This document shows, one piece after another, positions 23,730 through 36,777 of a DNA stretch of 64,000 nt. This DNA comes from Mobula hypostoma (lineage: Eukaryota), in assembly GCF_963921235.1 (NCBI RefSeq), contig NC_086097.1:114516001-114580000 (forward strand), in the 5' to 3' direction. How positions within the stretch are numbered: the stretch's first letter is position 1; the number at the start of each line of letters is the position of its first letter. Under the pieces are notes generated by a model, which worked only from the letters and a program-made list of their open reading frames with translations, did no database searches and was not told the DNA's origin. A program made the position numbers and the translations under genes.

Positions 23730-24321
23730 TGGTTCCAAGGTTGTCAAGCCAAGGGGTGATAGTGGGGACAAACTCCCACTACCTAAAAGTGCTCCTCACG
23801 GTATGCATCTCAAATAGCCTCTGACAACCAAGTCCAACTCCTGGCCTTCTCGTGTGGCTTAGCTTCTAAGCCCGGCGGAACTGTTTCTACTGACAGGAGA
23901 AGGGGCGAATGCGGTTACCGGCGCCTTAAAACTAATGCTTCGGGTAGATGGAGCTCGTCAGCCTGGGAAGGCGGTCCATCTAAGAGAGGGAAAACTCTGA
24001 TTTCAAACTCTGCTGCCTTGCGGCCATACCCACTCATGGGAAAGGCTTCAGGAGTAAACCCTGAGAACAAATCCGGAGCTGGAGTCCCTGAGGCAGTCTG
24101 ACATTGCCTTCAACCTTGTTCTGGCAACCCCTGAGCCGACACTGCTGCCAAGCTGTATCGGCCCTTGCCTTCTCTTGGACAACATCAGTGTCGTGGAGAG
24201 GGGAGACTTGCTGCATGGGCAACTGCCGGTCTTCTATACAACCTCACCCAGGCCTGTGCCCTGGAGAGGACGCTCCAGGCGCAGATCCATGGTCTCGCGA
24301 GACTAACGAATGCCACCACAA
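23730..24321 (+). mobile_element. Non-coding RTE-related retroposon inserted in the chromovirus integrase
   Basis: Splits DIVSD|HGPQFTS with an imperfect 8-bp TSD tatctgat/tgtctgat. Contains an RTE-5'UTR-like motif (ctaagagagggaaaactctgatttcaaac) and an RTE-like 3' end (tccatggtctcgcgagactaacgaatgcc). Confidence 0.7.
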
Positions 24322-26468
24322 TGTCTGATCATGGACCACAGTTCACTTCCCGCTTTTGGAAGGCTTTCTGCTCTCTTGGAGGAGCCATGGCCAGCCTCTC
24401 ATCTGGCTTCCACCCCCAATCTAATGGCCACACTGAGAGAGTGAACCAGGAGTTGGAGAGAACCCTGCGCTGTCTTGCCTCTTCCAACCCCACGCCCTGG
24501 AGCTCCCAGTTGGTTTGGGCAGAGATCGCCCACATTCACCTCCAGTCGTCCTCCACCGGTATGTTTCCCTTTGAATGCCAGAAGGGATTCCAGCCCCCAT
24601 TCTTCCCTGATCAGGAGATCAGTGTAGGAGTTCCTGCTGCTGAACAGCTGATCCAGCGCTACAAGCACAGCTGGAGACGAGCCAGGGCTTCTCTGCTGTG
24701 CGCCCAGAAAGAACATTCCCGGCAGGCTGATCGGATCTGTCGAAAGGTAAGGCCATTCAAGCCAGGAGAGGAGGTCTGAGTGGCATCAAGGGATCTTCCC
24801 CTGTAAGTCGAGAACCAGATTTTGGCACCGCATTACGTGGGACTGTTCGTAGTGGAAAAGGCTGTCCAGGTGTTCTATAGATTGCGTCTTCCAGCATCAC
24901 TGAAGATCCACCCAGTATTTCATGTTTCCCAGCTCAAGCCGGTTACTACCACTCCCCTGGCTCCAGTCACCCCTCCTCCCTATCCTCCCCACCTGGTAGA
25001 TGGTTCCCTTGTCTATACTGTGCGGCGCCTCCTGGCATCTTGCTGGATACATGGTAAGGTCCAGTACCTTGTGGACTGGGAAGGGTATAGCCCAGAAGAA
25101 TGTATGTACTTGGATCCCGGCGAAGGACATCTTGGTCTGTGGCACGTCAGGGGCTGCGCCTGGGTGGGGGGGACCTGTCACAACCACTGATTTGGCAGCG
25201 CAGTAGATACGGCAAATGTGCTTGTGAATTTGCACGTGTGGCTAGTTATTATTTAATCGTGATAGTATTAACTCCATACTTGTCGTCGTAGTGCTTGTCG
25301 AGACTTGGACAGAGCATGGCAACACTTCGCTGCAGTTTGCATTCGGTCTTCCCTGAGATGTTGGACTTTCAAGTCACCTGACTCTGAAGACTAGCGGTGT
25401 TCGTTTAATGTTTAGATGTTCTTTTCAGCCGCAGTGTAGGCTTCGTTTTCCTTTTCAGAGTTTTAGTTAGTGGCCCTGTTTGGTCCAGTGTTTTTTGTTT
25501 TATTTTCCCTTTAACACTGTTCATATTAAAGTCTGTGAACTATCGACCTGGTTCAGTGTCTCTCACTCTGCATTTGGGCCATATCCAAACCTGGTAACAG
25601 AACTAGTCTGGCCATTCTCCTCTAACATCTCTCATTAACCAGGCTCTTTTGCCCTACCTTTCTATTCTGCCTTCTCTCTCATTCCTTTCCAATCCAGATT
25701 AAGGGTTTGGCAAGAAAATGTTGACAGTTCTTTTCCCTCCATAGTTGCTGCCTGACCTGTTAGGTTCCTCCAGAATTTTGTGCGTTGCTCAAGAACCAGC
25801 CACTTAGAGTCATAGAAAAGTACAGCACAGTATCACGCCCTTCAGCCCAACTAGTCTGTGCTGAAACATTTAAACTGTCTAGGCTCATCGACCTCAACCT
25901 GGACCATAGCCCTCCATACCCCTGCAATCCATGTACCAATCCAAACTTCTCTTAAATGTTGAAATCGAGGTCGCGTGCACCACTTGCACTGGTAGCTCAT
26001 TCTGCGCTCTCATGTTCCCCTTAAACTTTCATCTTTTCCCCTTAACCCAAGACGTCTAGTTGAGTTCCACCCAAACGCATTGGAAAGAGTGTGCTTGCAA
26101 TTACCCTATCTATATCCCTCATAATTTTGTATACCTCTATCAAATTTCATTCTACATTCCATGGAATAAAGTCCTAACCTATTCAATCTTTCTTTATAAT
26201 TCGGGTCCTCCAGTTCAGGCAACATTCTTATAAATTTTCTCTGTACTCCTTCAACCTTATTTACATCTTTCTCATGTAGGTGACCCAAACTGAACAAATT
26301 ATGTCTCACCAAAGTCTTATATAGTATAACTTCAACATAACATCCAATCTCCTGTACTCTGTACTTTGATTTATGAAGGCCAGTGTAGCAAGAGTTCTCT
26401 TTACATCTCTATCTACCTGTGACACCATTATCAATGAATTATGGACCTGTGTTTCCAGATCCTTTTCA

Positions 26469-26650
26469 CAAACAAGAGAAAATCTGCAGGAGCTGGAAAT
26501 CCAAACAACACACACTAAATGTTGGAAGAACTCAGCAGGCCAGGCAGCATCTATGGAAAAGAGTAGAGTTGGCATTTTGGGCTGAGACTCTTTGGTAGGA
26601 CATATCGACTGTACTCTTTTCCAAAGATACTGCCTGGTCTTCTGAGTTCC
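26469..26650. mobile_element. Penelope-like inverted-repeat element inserted in CR1
   Basis: Arms ctcagcaggccaggcagcatctatggaaaagagt / actcttttccaaagatactgcctggtcttctgag; imperfect ~12-bp TSD ccagatcc.ttt. Confidence 0.8.
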
Positions 26651-27277
26651 CAGATCCCTTTGGTCTACCACACTCCTCAGTACCTTCGGTTCACGGTGTA
26701 AGACCTACTCTGGTCAAGGAGCAACACCTCACACTTATCTGTATTAAATTCCACATGCCATATTTGAGCCCATCTCTCCACTGCAAACTTTAATGGTCTT
26801 CCTCACTGTCTACTGCATCTCTTAATCTTGGTGTCATCAGAAAATTTGCTGATTCAGTTAACCACTTTATTATCCAGACCGTTGATATAGATGTCAAACA
26901 ACAACAGACTCACACTGATCCCTGCAGCATTCCACTAGTCACAGGTCCCCAGTCAGAGAGGCAGCCCTCTACTACCACTCTCTGACTTCTCCCACAAAGC
27001 CAATGTCTAATCCAGTTTATAATCTCACCTTGAATGCCAAGTAACTGAACATTCCTGACCAACCTCCCATGCAGGACCTTGTCAAATGCCTTGCTAAAGA
27101 TCATGTAGACAATATCCACTGTCTTGCCTTCATCCACTTTCCTGGTAACTTCCTCAGAAACTCTAAGTTTGGTTAGACATGATCTACCACACACAAAGCC
27201 ATGCTGACTATTCTTATTCAGTCTCTGTCTTGCCAAATACTTATATCTCATCTCTTAGGATACCTTCCAATAACTTC

Positions 27278-28018
27278 CAAAGGTTCGAAGATGAAATTTA
27301 ATGTCAGAGACATGTATACAATATGCTTTTTCTTCGCAAACATCCACAAAAGCAGAGGTGCCCAGAAGAATGAACGACAGCTAAACGTGAGAAACCCAAA
27401 GTCCCATCCAAGCTTCCCCCTCCAGCACGTAAGCGGCAGCGAGCAACAATCCCCCCCACCAGCAAAAAAAACGTGCATCAGTACCGTCACTGAGCCCATG
27501 CGTGAGCTAAGCAATAGCAAAAACGCAGACCAAAGTTACCCCAAAGGCTTCACATTTCATCCAAAATTTGACAAACCACAGGTTCTCTCTCTCCCTGGCA
27601 AGAGAGAGGGAGGTGTCTTCCATTTTCACAGCTAGCGGGAGACATAACAACAACCCAGCGGTTTATGATGTTAAAAGTCCATTTTGTCACTTTTTTAGAG
27701 CTCTGTGTCCAAAGATCGCAAAGATCTCGGGTCTTCAGGCCCACAAAGAAAGATTTTCCGGCCTCCCCAACGACACACGAGTCTTCTGCCGTGACACCGA
27801 CCCTTGATCTGCCCCTCTCCAGAGTCCCGAGATCTTAGGCTTCCGAACACGATCAAGATCCTCAGGCCAAACCCTTGGTGTGTCATACAATGGCCAGTCG
27901 TGGAACTCCAAGTACAGGTCCCATTCCTGCAAAGAACTGAAGCCTGCATGTAACTCCAGGTCAGGGTCTTCAAAAGGAAAAAATAAAGATATTAGATGTA
28001 GAAATAGAGCTGTTTTCC
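27278..28018 (-). mobile_element. Non-coding retroposon (Rex1/L2-tail-like, unclassified) inserted in CR1
   Basis: CR1 sequence breaks at aataacttcc and resumes at ccactactgat; the insert ends in attaaa plus a short tail on the minus strand. Confidence 0.55.
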
Positions 28019-30451
28019 ACTACTGATATCAGGCTCACTGACTCCTGGTTCATTTTTTATACAGCAAAACAACACTAACTATCCTCCAATCCTTTGGTAC
28101 CTCACCTTTTGCTAAGGGTGATTTAAACATCTCGGCTAGGGCCCCAACAATTTCTGCACTTGTTTCTCACAGGGAACACCTTATCAGGCCCTTGGGATTT
28201 ATCTCCCCTAGTTTGTCTCAAGACAGCAAACACCTCTTCTGTAACTTGTATATGGTCCATGACCTTGATGCTGCTTTGCCTCACTTCTTTAGACTCTGTG
28301 TCCTTCTCCCGAGTAAACACAGATGCAAAAAATTCATTTAAGATCTCCCCATCCCTTTCCACTCCATGCATAGATCACCAGTCCGATCTTCCAAAGGGCC
28401 AATACTGACCCTTGTTATCATTTTGCTCAATATATCTGTAGAAGCCTTTAGGGTTCTCCTTCACCTTGTCTGCTAGTGCAACCTCTTGTCTTTTTTTAGC
28501 CCTCCTGATTTTCTTCTTGAGAGTTCTCTTACATTTCTTTTACTCCTCAGGCACATCACTTGTCCCTACCTGCCTATACCTGCTATGCACCTCCTTTTTT
28601 TCTTAATCAGGGCCTCAGCATCTCTTGAAAACCAAGGTTCCCAAATGTGTTATCTTTGCCTTTTATTCTGATGGATGCATACATGATTTGTACCCTCAAA
28701 ATTTCACTTTTGAAGGCCTTCCACTTACCAGAAGATAGTACCTTTGCCAGAAAATAGCTTGTCCCAATCCACACTTGCCAGATCCCTTCTGATACCATCA
28801 AAATTGGCCTTTCTCCAATTTAGAATCGCAACCTGCAGACCAGATCTCTCTTTTTCCATATTTACTTTGAAGCTAATGGCATTATGATCATGAGATCCAA
28901 AGTGTTCCCCGACACAAACTTCTGTCACCTGCCCTGTCTCATTCCCTAATAGATCAAATACCTCACAATCTGTCATTGGGACCTCTATGTCCTATTTAAG
29001 GAAACTTGCCTGAACACATTTGATAAACTCTATCCCATCCAGTCCTTTTATAGTTTGTGAGTCCTTGTCAATATGTGGAAAGTTAAAATCACTACTCTGA
29101 CTACCTTATGTTTCTTGCAACAGTCTCCAACCTCTATACAGATTTGTTCCTCTAATTCACGCAAACTATTGGGTGGTCCATAATACAGCCCCATTAATGT
29201 GGTCATACCTTTCTTATTCCCTAATTCCACCCATAAAGCCTCACTGGATGAGTTCTCCGGGCTGGCCTGACGGAGTTGTGCAGTGACATTTCCCTTGACT
29301 AGAAATGGCACCACTCTGTTACTTCTCAAACAATGGAACCCTGGAATATTGAGCTGCCAGTCCTGCAACCAAGTCCCACTAATGACTACAATATCATAAT
29401 TCCATGTGTTGATTTATGCCCTGAGCTCATCTGCCTTTCCTAGAATACTTGCATTAAAATATACGCAGCTTAGGACACCAGTCACACCATGCTCAATCTT
29501 TTGATTCCTGACTTTGTCTGAGGTCTTAGCATCTGTCTCCACAACCTTTTCACTATCTGTTCTGGCACTCTGCTTCCCACACCCCTGCAACTCCAATTTA
29601 AACTCCTTTGTGCAGCACTAGCAAACCTTCCCACTGGAATATTAGACCCCCTCCATTTCAGGTGCAAACGGTCTCTTCTGTACAAGTGCCGCCTTCCCTG
29701 AAAGAGAGCACAGTGATCCAAAAATCTTATGCCCTCCCTCCTACACCAACTCCTTAGCCACTGTATAATCTTCCTGTTTCTGGTCTCACTAGCATGTGGC
29801 ATGGGTGGTAATCCTGAGATCACAACCTTGGATGTCCTGTCCTTTAACTCCCTGAACTCACTTTGCAGAACCTCGTCACTTTTCCTACCGATGCCATTGG
29901 TACCCACATGGACCACAACCTCCAGTTGCTCACCCTCCCACCTAGAATGCTGAGGACTCAGTCCAAGATGTCCCAGAGCTTGGCATCCGGGAGGCATCAT
30001 ACCATCTAGAAATCTCATTCTTGTCCACAGAACCTCCTTTCTGTTTTCCTAACAAATCCCCTATCACCACAGCTCATCTCCCCCTCCCTTTCCTTCCGAG
30101 TCAGAGCCAAACTCAGTGTCACAGACCTGACCGCTGTGACTTTCCTCTGCTAGGCCATCTCCCCCCTCAGCAGTATCCAAAGTGATATACCTCTTGTTGA
30201 GGGAGATGGCCAAAGGGATACTCTGCACTGGCTCCTTAACCCCTTTCCCCTTCCTGACTGTCATCCAGTCTCCTGTGTCCTGCACCTTGAGTGTAACTAC
30301 TTCTTTATATGCCCTATTTACCACCCCTTCAGCCTCCTGAATGATCTGGAGTTCATCCAGTTCCAGCTCCAACTCCTCAATGCGGAGTGTTAGAACTTGT
30401 TGCTGGATGCACTTCTTGCAGTCATAGTCATCAGAGACACTGGAGGTCTGT

Positions 30452-30684
30452 CTATAGTTGGATGCTCCTCTTGTGGGATGTGGAAAGGCCCAGACTGGGT
30501 GACAGTCAGGAAGGGGAAAGGGGTTAAGGAGCCAGTGCAGAGTACCCTGTGGCCATCCCCTTCAACAACAGGTATATCACTTTGGATACTGTTGGTGGGG
30601 GGGGGGGAATGGCCTAGCAGAGGAAAGTCACAGCGGTCAGGTCTGTGATGCGAAGTTTGGCTCTGTGTGACTCAGAAGGAAAGG
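30452..30684 (+). mobile_element. Inverted CR1 ORF1 segment
   Basis: CSSCGMW and DWVTVRKGKGVKEPVQS; reverse complement of ~30087-30270. Confidence 0.85.
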
Positions 30685-32589
30685 CATTCCTACTGTTCTA
30701 ACTGTGCAAATATAAAGAAGGTTTTATAAGTGCAAGCAAAAGGCAGGGGAGTCCAGTTCAGCTTTTGTGGCTGAACTGAAGAAATTGTCTCAGCATTTTC
30801 AGTTCAGTGATGGACATAACGGTGCATGCAAGTATCATTTAGTTTGTGGGATCTAACCAAAAGGCATTCAAAAACAACACAACTCACAACTACAGAGCAG
30901 TTGAAATCACTGTATGAATAGAAACAGTAGTAAGAGACACAATTGAGTTGCAGTCAGGAATGAAAGTGAGTGAGAACAAAATTGCAACATCGAAACGGAA
31001 ACCTGCCTAGGCAAACAAATTGTGTTATCGTCGTGGCAGGGGCTCACGTCCACCAGAACAATGCAGGTGCAAACGCAAAACTTGCAGAAAATGCAGCAGA
31101 ATAGGATACGTACAAACAGCATATTGGGCAGGCAGAAATAAGTGGACTGCACAGGGTAGTGAAAAAGATAAAATGTCAAATTGCAGTTTCTGAAGTCACA
31201 CCATTGACGCACAAGGATTACACAAATGTGCAGAGAAAATTCATGCAGTGGTGGATGCCCCGAGGCCAAAGGACATGTCACAATGGTGGTTCCTTTTAGA
31301 ATTTGTCAATTACTCAGATAGGTTCTTGCTAAACATGGCTGCTGAGCTCTACCGTTGAACTGATTACTGAAGAACAGGAAGAAATGGCAATGGATAAAGC
31401 AGTGTGAGGTGGCTTTCCAAAAGGTGAAGGAAGATGTGACATCAGACACTGTACATTATGATCCACATTGTCCAGTGAAGCTTGTCTGTGACATCTCACA
31501 GTCGTGTCATGTAATGAGTGATGGATGTGAACGCCTGCCCTTACCACTGCAGAGAAAACTATGCACAGATTCACAGAGAGACCTTAGATATGATTTGGGG
31601 TGTAAAACGTTTCAACCAGTCGTTGTATGGGAGAGAGTTTACCCTCGTTACTGATCATCGACCACTAGTGTCCATTTTCAATCCACAGAAGGGTTTCACT
31701 AACAGCGGCAGCAAAAACTCAAAGATAGGCTCTGTTTTTTGGAGGACACAATTACGAGTTTGAATTCAAGAGGACGACTATTCATGGAAAAACTGATGTA
31801 TTGTCCTACTTATCCTTGGAGAAAGAAATACCCCAAAAATTTACAAAAATGGACACTCCTCTTGATGTATACCCCTAAAAGTCTCCCTATTACGGCAGAG
31901 ATGATCCAAAGGGAAACCAGAAAATACCCCACACTGTCTCAGGTCTACATGGGCTGGAATGAGCAACAGAAATTCCAGTTCTCTCATTTCTAGCAGAGCC
32001 AGGATGAACTTGAAAACCAAGGTTCCCTACACGTGTTATCTTTACATTTTATTCTGACAGACGCGTGCAGGATATGTACTCTCAAAATTGCCTTATGTGG
32101 GAATTGAGAGTTGTTGTACCATCCAAGCTGAGAGCTAAAGTGTTGGAGGATCTACATGTTTCTCATCAAGGCATTGTCAAAATTAAAACACTGGCTCAAA
32201 GCTTTGTCTGGTGGCCTGGGATAGATCAGCAGATTGAGCAGCTTGCTGTGCACTGTTCAGCAGGCCAACACATCCAGAAGATACCAAGTGCAGTACACTC
32301 CACATCCAACAACTCACCAACTACGTTGTTCCTGGGTCCTCCCTTGTGCTCATGCTTGAATCTCCTCAAACCCAATCTCAGAAGAGGAGTGCAGGACAAA
32401 CATCTGAAACAAGGAGTTTCAATAATTTACTCCTGGATGAGCAGCCCTTGCGAGGGACCACAGAAGTGATCAAAAGTGGGCAGTTGGAAAGATTAAGGAC
32501 AGAACTGGACAAATCTTCTATGCAGCGGAGGTTGCGTCTGATGTCATCTGGTGACAACACATCAATCAGGTGAGGAGACCAGAGTCAAT

Positions 32590-33079
32590 TGGAGACCAGA
32601 TTGATTCCTGGGATGGCAGGACTTTCATATGATGAAAGACTGGATCGACTAGGCCTATATTCGTTGGAATTTAGAAGATTGAGGGCGGATCTTATTGAAA
32701 TGTATAAAATCCTAAAGAGATTGGACAGGCTAGATGCAGGAAGATTGTTCCCGATGTTGGGGAAGTCCAGAACAAGGGGTCACAGTTTGAGGATAAAGGG
32801 GAAGCCTTTTAGGACCAAGATTAGGAAAAACTTCTTCACACAGAGGGTGGTGTATCTGTTAAATTCTCTGCCACAGTAAACAGTTGAGGCCAGTTCATTG
32901 GCTATTTTTAAGAGGGAGTTAGATATGGCCCTTGTGGCTAAAGGGATCGGGGGTATGGAGGGAAGGCTGTACAGGGTTCTGAGTTGGATGATCAGCCATG
33001 ATCATACTGAATGGCGGTGCAGGCTCGAAGGGCCGAATGGCCTACTCCTGCACCTATTTTCTATGTTTCTATGTTTCTA
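32590..33079 (+). mobile_element. Young CR1 3' fragment inside the Gypsy relic
   Basis: ORF2 C-terminus and (tttctatg)n tail. Confidence 0.93.
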
Positions 33080-33291
33080 TCACAGAGGAGGCTTAAGAAC
33101 CTGAGATTGCTTCACAGCCAGAAGTCTCAACTGACGAGTGGGATGACATCCTCCTTGTCAGGAAAGATGTTGTCCCAGTAGAGTCAGAAATCCTCCACAG
33201 TGATTAAATCTTTAGGCTTGAATGGGACGATTTAAAACTTACTATGGTGTGGATGTCTATATAGTAGTTGTATTATTGTAGTATACTGTGT

Positions 33292-34262
33292 GTATATATT
33301 AATGACTTAGATGAGCGAATTAAATGCATCATCTCCAAGTTTGCGGATGACACGAAGCTGGGCAGCAGTGTTGGCTGTGAGGAGAATGCTAAGAGGATGC
33401 AGGGTGACTTGGATAGGTTAGGTGAGTGGGCAAATTCATGGCAGATGAAATTTAATGTGGATAAATGTGAGGTTATCCACTTTGGTGGCAAAAACAGGAA
33501 AACAGATTATTATCTGAATGGTGGCCGATTAGGAAAAGGGGAGGTGCAACGAGACCTGGGTCATTGAAAGTTGGCATGCAGGTAGAGCAGGCGGTGAAAA
33601 AAGCGAATGGTATGCTGGCCTTCATAGCAAGAGGATTCAAGTACAGGAGCAGGGAGGTACTACTGCAGTTGTACAAGGCCTTGGTGAGACCACACCTGGA
33701 GTATTGTGTGCAGTTTTGGTCCCCTAATCTGAGGAAAGACATTCTTGCCATAGAGGGAGTACAAAGACGGTGCACCAGATTGATTCCTGGGATGGCAGGA
33801 CTTTCATATGATGAAAGACTGGATCGGCTAGGCTTATACTCGTTGGAATTTAGAAGATTGAGGGGGGATCTTATTGAAACGTATAAAATTCTAAAGGGAT
33901 TGGACAGGCTGGATGCAGGAAGATTGTTCCCGATGTTGGGGAAGACCAGAACGAGGGGTCACAGTTTGAGGATAAAGGGGATGCCTCTTAGGACCGAGAT
34001 TAGGAAAAACTTCTTCACACAGAGAGTGGTGAATCTGTGGAATTCTCTGCCACGGGAAACAGTTGAGGCCAGTTCATTGGCTATATTTAAGAGGGAGTTA
34101 GATATGGCCCTTGTGGCTAAAGGGATCAGTGGGTATGGAGAGAAGGCAGGCACAGGGTTCTGAGTTGGATGATCAGCCATGATCATACTGAATGGCGGTG
34201 AAGGCTCGAAGGGCCGAATGGCCTACTCCTGCACCTATTTTCTATGTTTCTATGTTTTTATG
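33292..34262 (+). mobile_element. Young CR1 3' fragment inside the Gypsy relic
   Basis: YINDLD...FADD through to the tail; small deletion/frameshift at ~33565. Confidence 0.94.
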
Positions 34263-34532
34263 TATAACATGACTAGAGAGCAATGCATTGCATATTTGCA
34301 TTGAGTTGGAGTTTGTAACTAAGCAGGGAGGTGTGTTGCATATTTGTAAATATATTGGTTGATTAAGCATGCTCTGTTTATTTACATAATTCATTATGGG
34401 TTATATGTAAGAAGTATGTAAATGGCACATGTTATGATGCCACCATGTCATATGTCAGCACCTCAGTAAAGTAAGATTTTCCTGGATCCTGAGATGTTTT
34501 ATCGATTAGTTTTGGAGTTACAAAATGGAACG

Positions 34533-35820
34533 CCTCTGCACTCCTCAGTGCCCTACCGCTCACTGTGTAAGTCTTACTCTGGTTGCCCTCCCAAAGTGCA
34601 ACACCTTATACTTGTCTGCATTAAATTCCTTCTGTCATTTTTCAGGTCATTTTTCCAGCTGGTCTAGATCCTGCGGCAAACCTTGATGCCTTCCTCACTG
34701 TCCACTAAGCTCCCAATCTTGGTGTCATCCACAAATTTCCTGTTCCAGTTTAGTACGATATTGTCCAGACAGTTGATATAGATGACAAACAACAACTGAT
34801 CCAGCACTGATCACCGCAGCACACCACAAGTCACAGGCCTCCAAAGAGGCAACCATCTACTACCACTCTCTGACTTCTCTCATGAAGCCAATGTCTCATC
34901 CAATTTACTACCTCATCTTGAACGCCAAGTGACTGAACATTCTTGACCAACCTCCCATGTGGGATCTTGTAAAATGCCTTGCTAAAGTCCATGTAGACAA
35001 CATCCACTGCCGTGCCTTCATCATATTCCTGGGTAATTTTCTCAAAAAACTATAAGATCCCTTATCAGTCCCTGTCTATCCAAATGCAATTGTATATCCA
35101 GTCCCTTGGAATACTTTCCAATAACTTTTGCATTACTTAAGTTAGGCTCCCCAGGCTATAATTTCCTGATTTATTCTTAGGCTTTTCTTTAAAAAACGGA
35201 ACAACATTAGCTATCCTCCAATCTTCCAAGCATCTCACTTATTCCTAAGGATGTTTTAAATATCTCTGTTAGGGCCCCCACAATTTCTGCACTAGTCTCC
35301 CACTAGGTTGCAGGGAAAACTTGTCAGGTCCTGGAGATTTATCTACCTAATTTCCCTCAAGACAACAAATACCTCCTCCTCTGTCATCTGTATGCGGTCC
35401 ATAACCTCACTGCTGTCTTGTCTCACCTTGGACTCTGTGTCCATCTCCCAAATAAATACATATGTAAAAAATCTATTTAAGATCTCTCCCATCTTTCGAC
35501 TCCACACATCGATGACCATTCTGATCTTTAAAAGGACCAATTTTGTGCCTTGCTATCCTTCTGCTTTTAATATATCTGTTGAATTGTTTGAATTCTCCTT
35601 CACCTTGTCTACTAGAGCAAACACATGCCTTCTTTTAGGCCTCCTGATTTCCTTCTTAAGTGTTCTCTTGCATTTGTTATACTCCTCAATACCTCATTAA
35701 TTCCTATCTACCTATACCTGCTATGCACCTCCTTCTTTTGCTTAACCAGGACCTCAACATCTCTCAAAAACCATGGTTCCTTAAACATGTATTCCTTGCC
35801 TTTTTTTCTAAGAGGAACAG
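34533..35820 (-). mobile_element. Old CR1 internal ORF2 fragment
   Basis: Aligns with 26670-27270 and 28020-28680. Confidence 0.85.
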
Positions 35821-35846
35821 AGTTGTATTTTAACAGAATTACTGTA

Positions 35847-36367
35847 CACTCAGTGGCCATTTTATTAGGTACCTCCTGAATCTAATAAAGTGGTCACCGT
35901 GAATGTTTGTGATCTTTTGCTGCTGTAGTCCAACCACATCATGGTTTCAAGCATGATTACTTGAGTTACTGTCATCTTCCCGTCAGCTGTAACCAGTCTG
36001 CAAATTCTCCTCTGACTTCTGTCATTAACAAGGCGCTTTCACTCACAGAACTGCCACTCACTTGATGTTTATTGTTTTTTGCACCATGCTTAGTAAGCGC
36101 TAGAGACTGCTGTGCATGAAAATCCCAGGTGATCAGCTTTTTCTGAGATACTCAAACAACCCCATCTAGAACCAACAATCATTCCACGGTCAAAGTCACT
36201 TAGATCATATTTCTTCCCAGTTCTGATGTTTAGTCTGAACAACAAATTAACCTTTTGACCATGTCTACATGCTTTATGCATTGAGTTGCTGCTTCATGAT
36301 TGGCTGATTTGATATTTGCGTTAGCGAGCTGGTGTACAGGTGTACCCAATAAAGTGGTCACTGGATG
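35847..36367. mobile_element. Tc1-derived MITE
   Basis: TA-cactcagtggcca...aaagtggtcactggatg-TA. Confidence 0.85.
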
Positions 36368-36777
36368 TAATACTGCAGAGTTCAGGCAGTTCTAAATGCT
36401 GAAATAAAATGTGAACTGGCAGTTTGTGATTCTACAGTGTTCAGAATTCCCAGAAATTGTTTGCTTCAAGGCTTTTGCATATTTGAACTCTAACCTAAAG
36501 CTCTCATATTTGATTCCTTCATTTCAAGTCAAGTGGGGAACAAAACAACTGTGACACTTAACCTGATGTAGGGAGACTCAGCAAGTGACCATTTAAGACC
36601 ACAAGGAGTCCAGATCCCTGATGCTCCTGTGACGAATTACTGATGGCATCTTACTGATATCTGTATTCAGGTGAATTACTCAAAATGTGGAAATCACTGT
36701 TGCCCAGGTTACCATGAATGAATGCTTGTGGTTTCATTGAGGATCTAGGATCAGGGATCAACTTTACTCACCACAAA

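Larger units (their letters stand above)
18635..25599 (+). mobile_element. Ty3/Gypsy chromovirus (Tf1/sushi group), structurally complete but degenerate
   Basis: LTRs 18635-19059 and 25176-25599 (TG..CA); TSD GAACT; G-rich PPT before the 3' LTR. Gag (RYSGDPDGCRNFITQC, CLYCGDPGHFRAAC), PR (IDSGA), RT (YLGDILIYS), RNase H (DASDVG, TDH), IN (GHPG, DFITGL, QSNG..ERVN), chromodomain (QYLVDWEGYSPEE). Confidence 0.97.
25808..30450 (-). mobile_element. Old CR1 LINE (ORF1 through 3' end), degenerate and interrupted twice
   Basis: Collinear minus-strand peptides: ELELDELQII, VHVGTNG, DRLHL, YFNAS, SQHGFVCGRSCLT, KAFDKV, RLGLYS. Confidence 0.92.
30685..34532 (+). mobile_element. Degraded, internally deleted Ty3/Gypsy element with probable 3' LTR at ~34334-34532
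   Basis: Gag-like AFVAELKKL; RNase H YAQIHRE.L...WGVKRFNQSLYGREFTLVTDHRPL; integrase LH.SHQGIVK.K.LA.SFVWWPGID; PPT-like aagcagggagg before tgttg. Confidence 0.8.

Noticed and set aside
20174..25190. Domesticated PEG10/RTL1-like gene
   Set aside because: Flanked by LTRs and a TSD, with many stops and frameshifts plus an insertion in the integrase: a decayed transposon.
25690..25730. Additional active hammerheads (also ~26570, ~42535, ~44265, ~54360)
   Set aside because: The core CUGANGA and/or GAAA is mutated; these count only as decayed family members.
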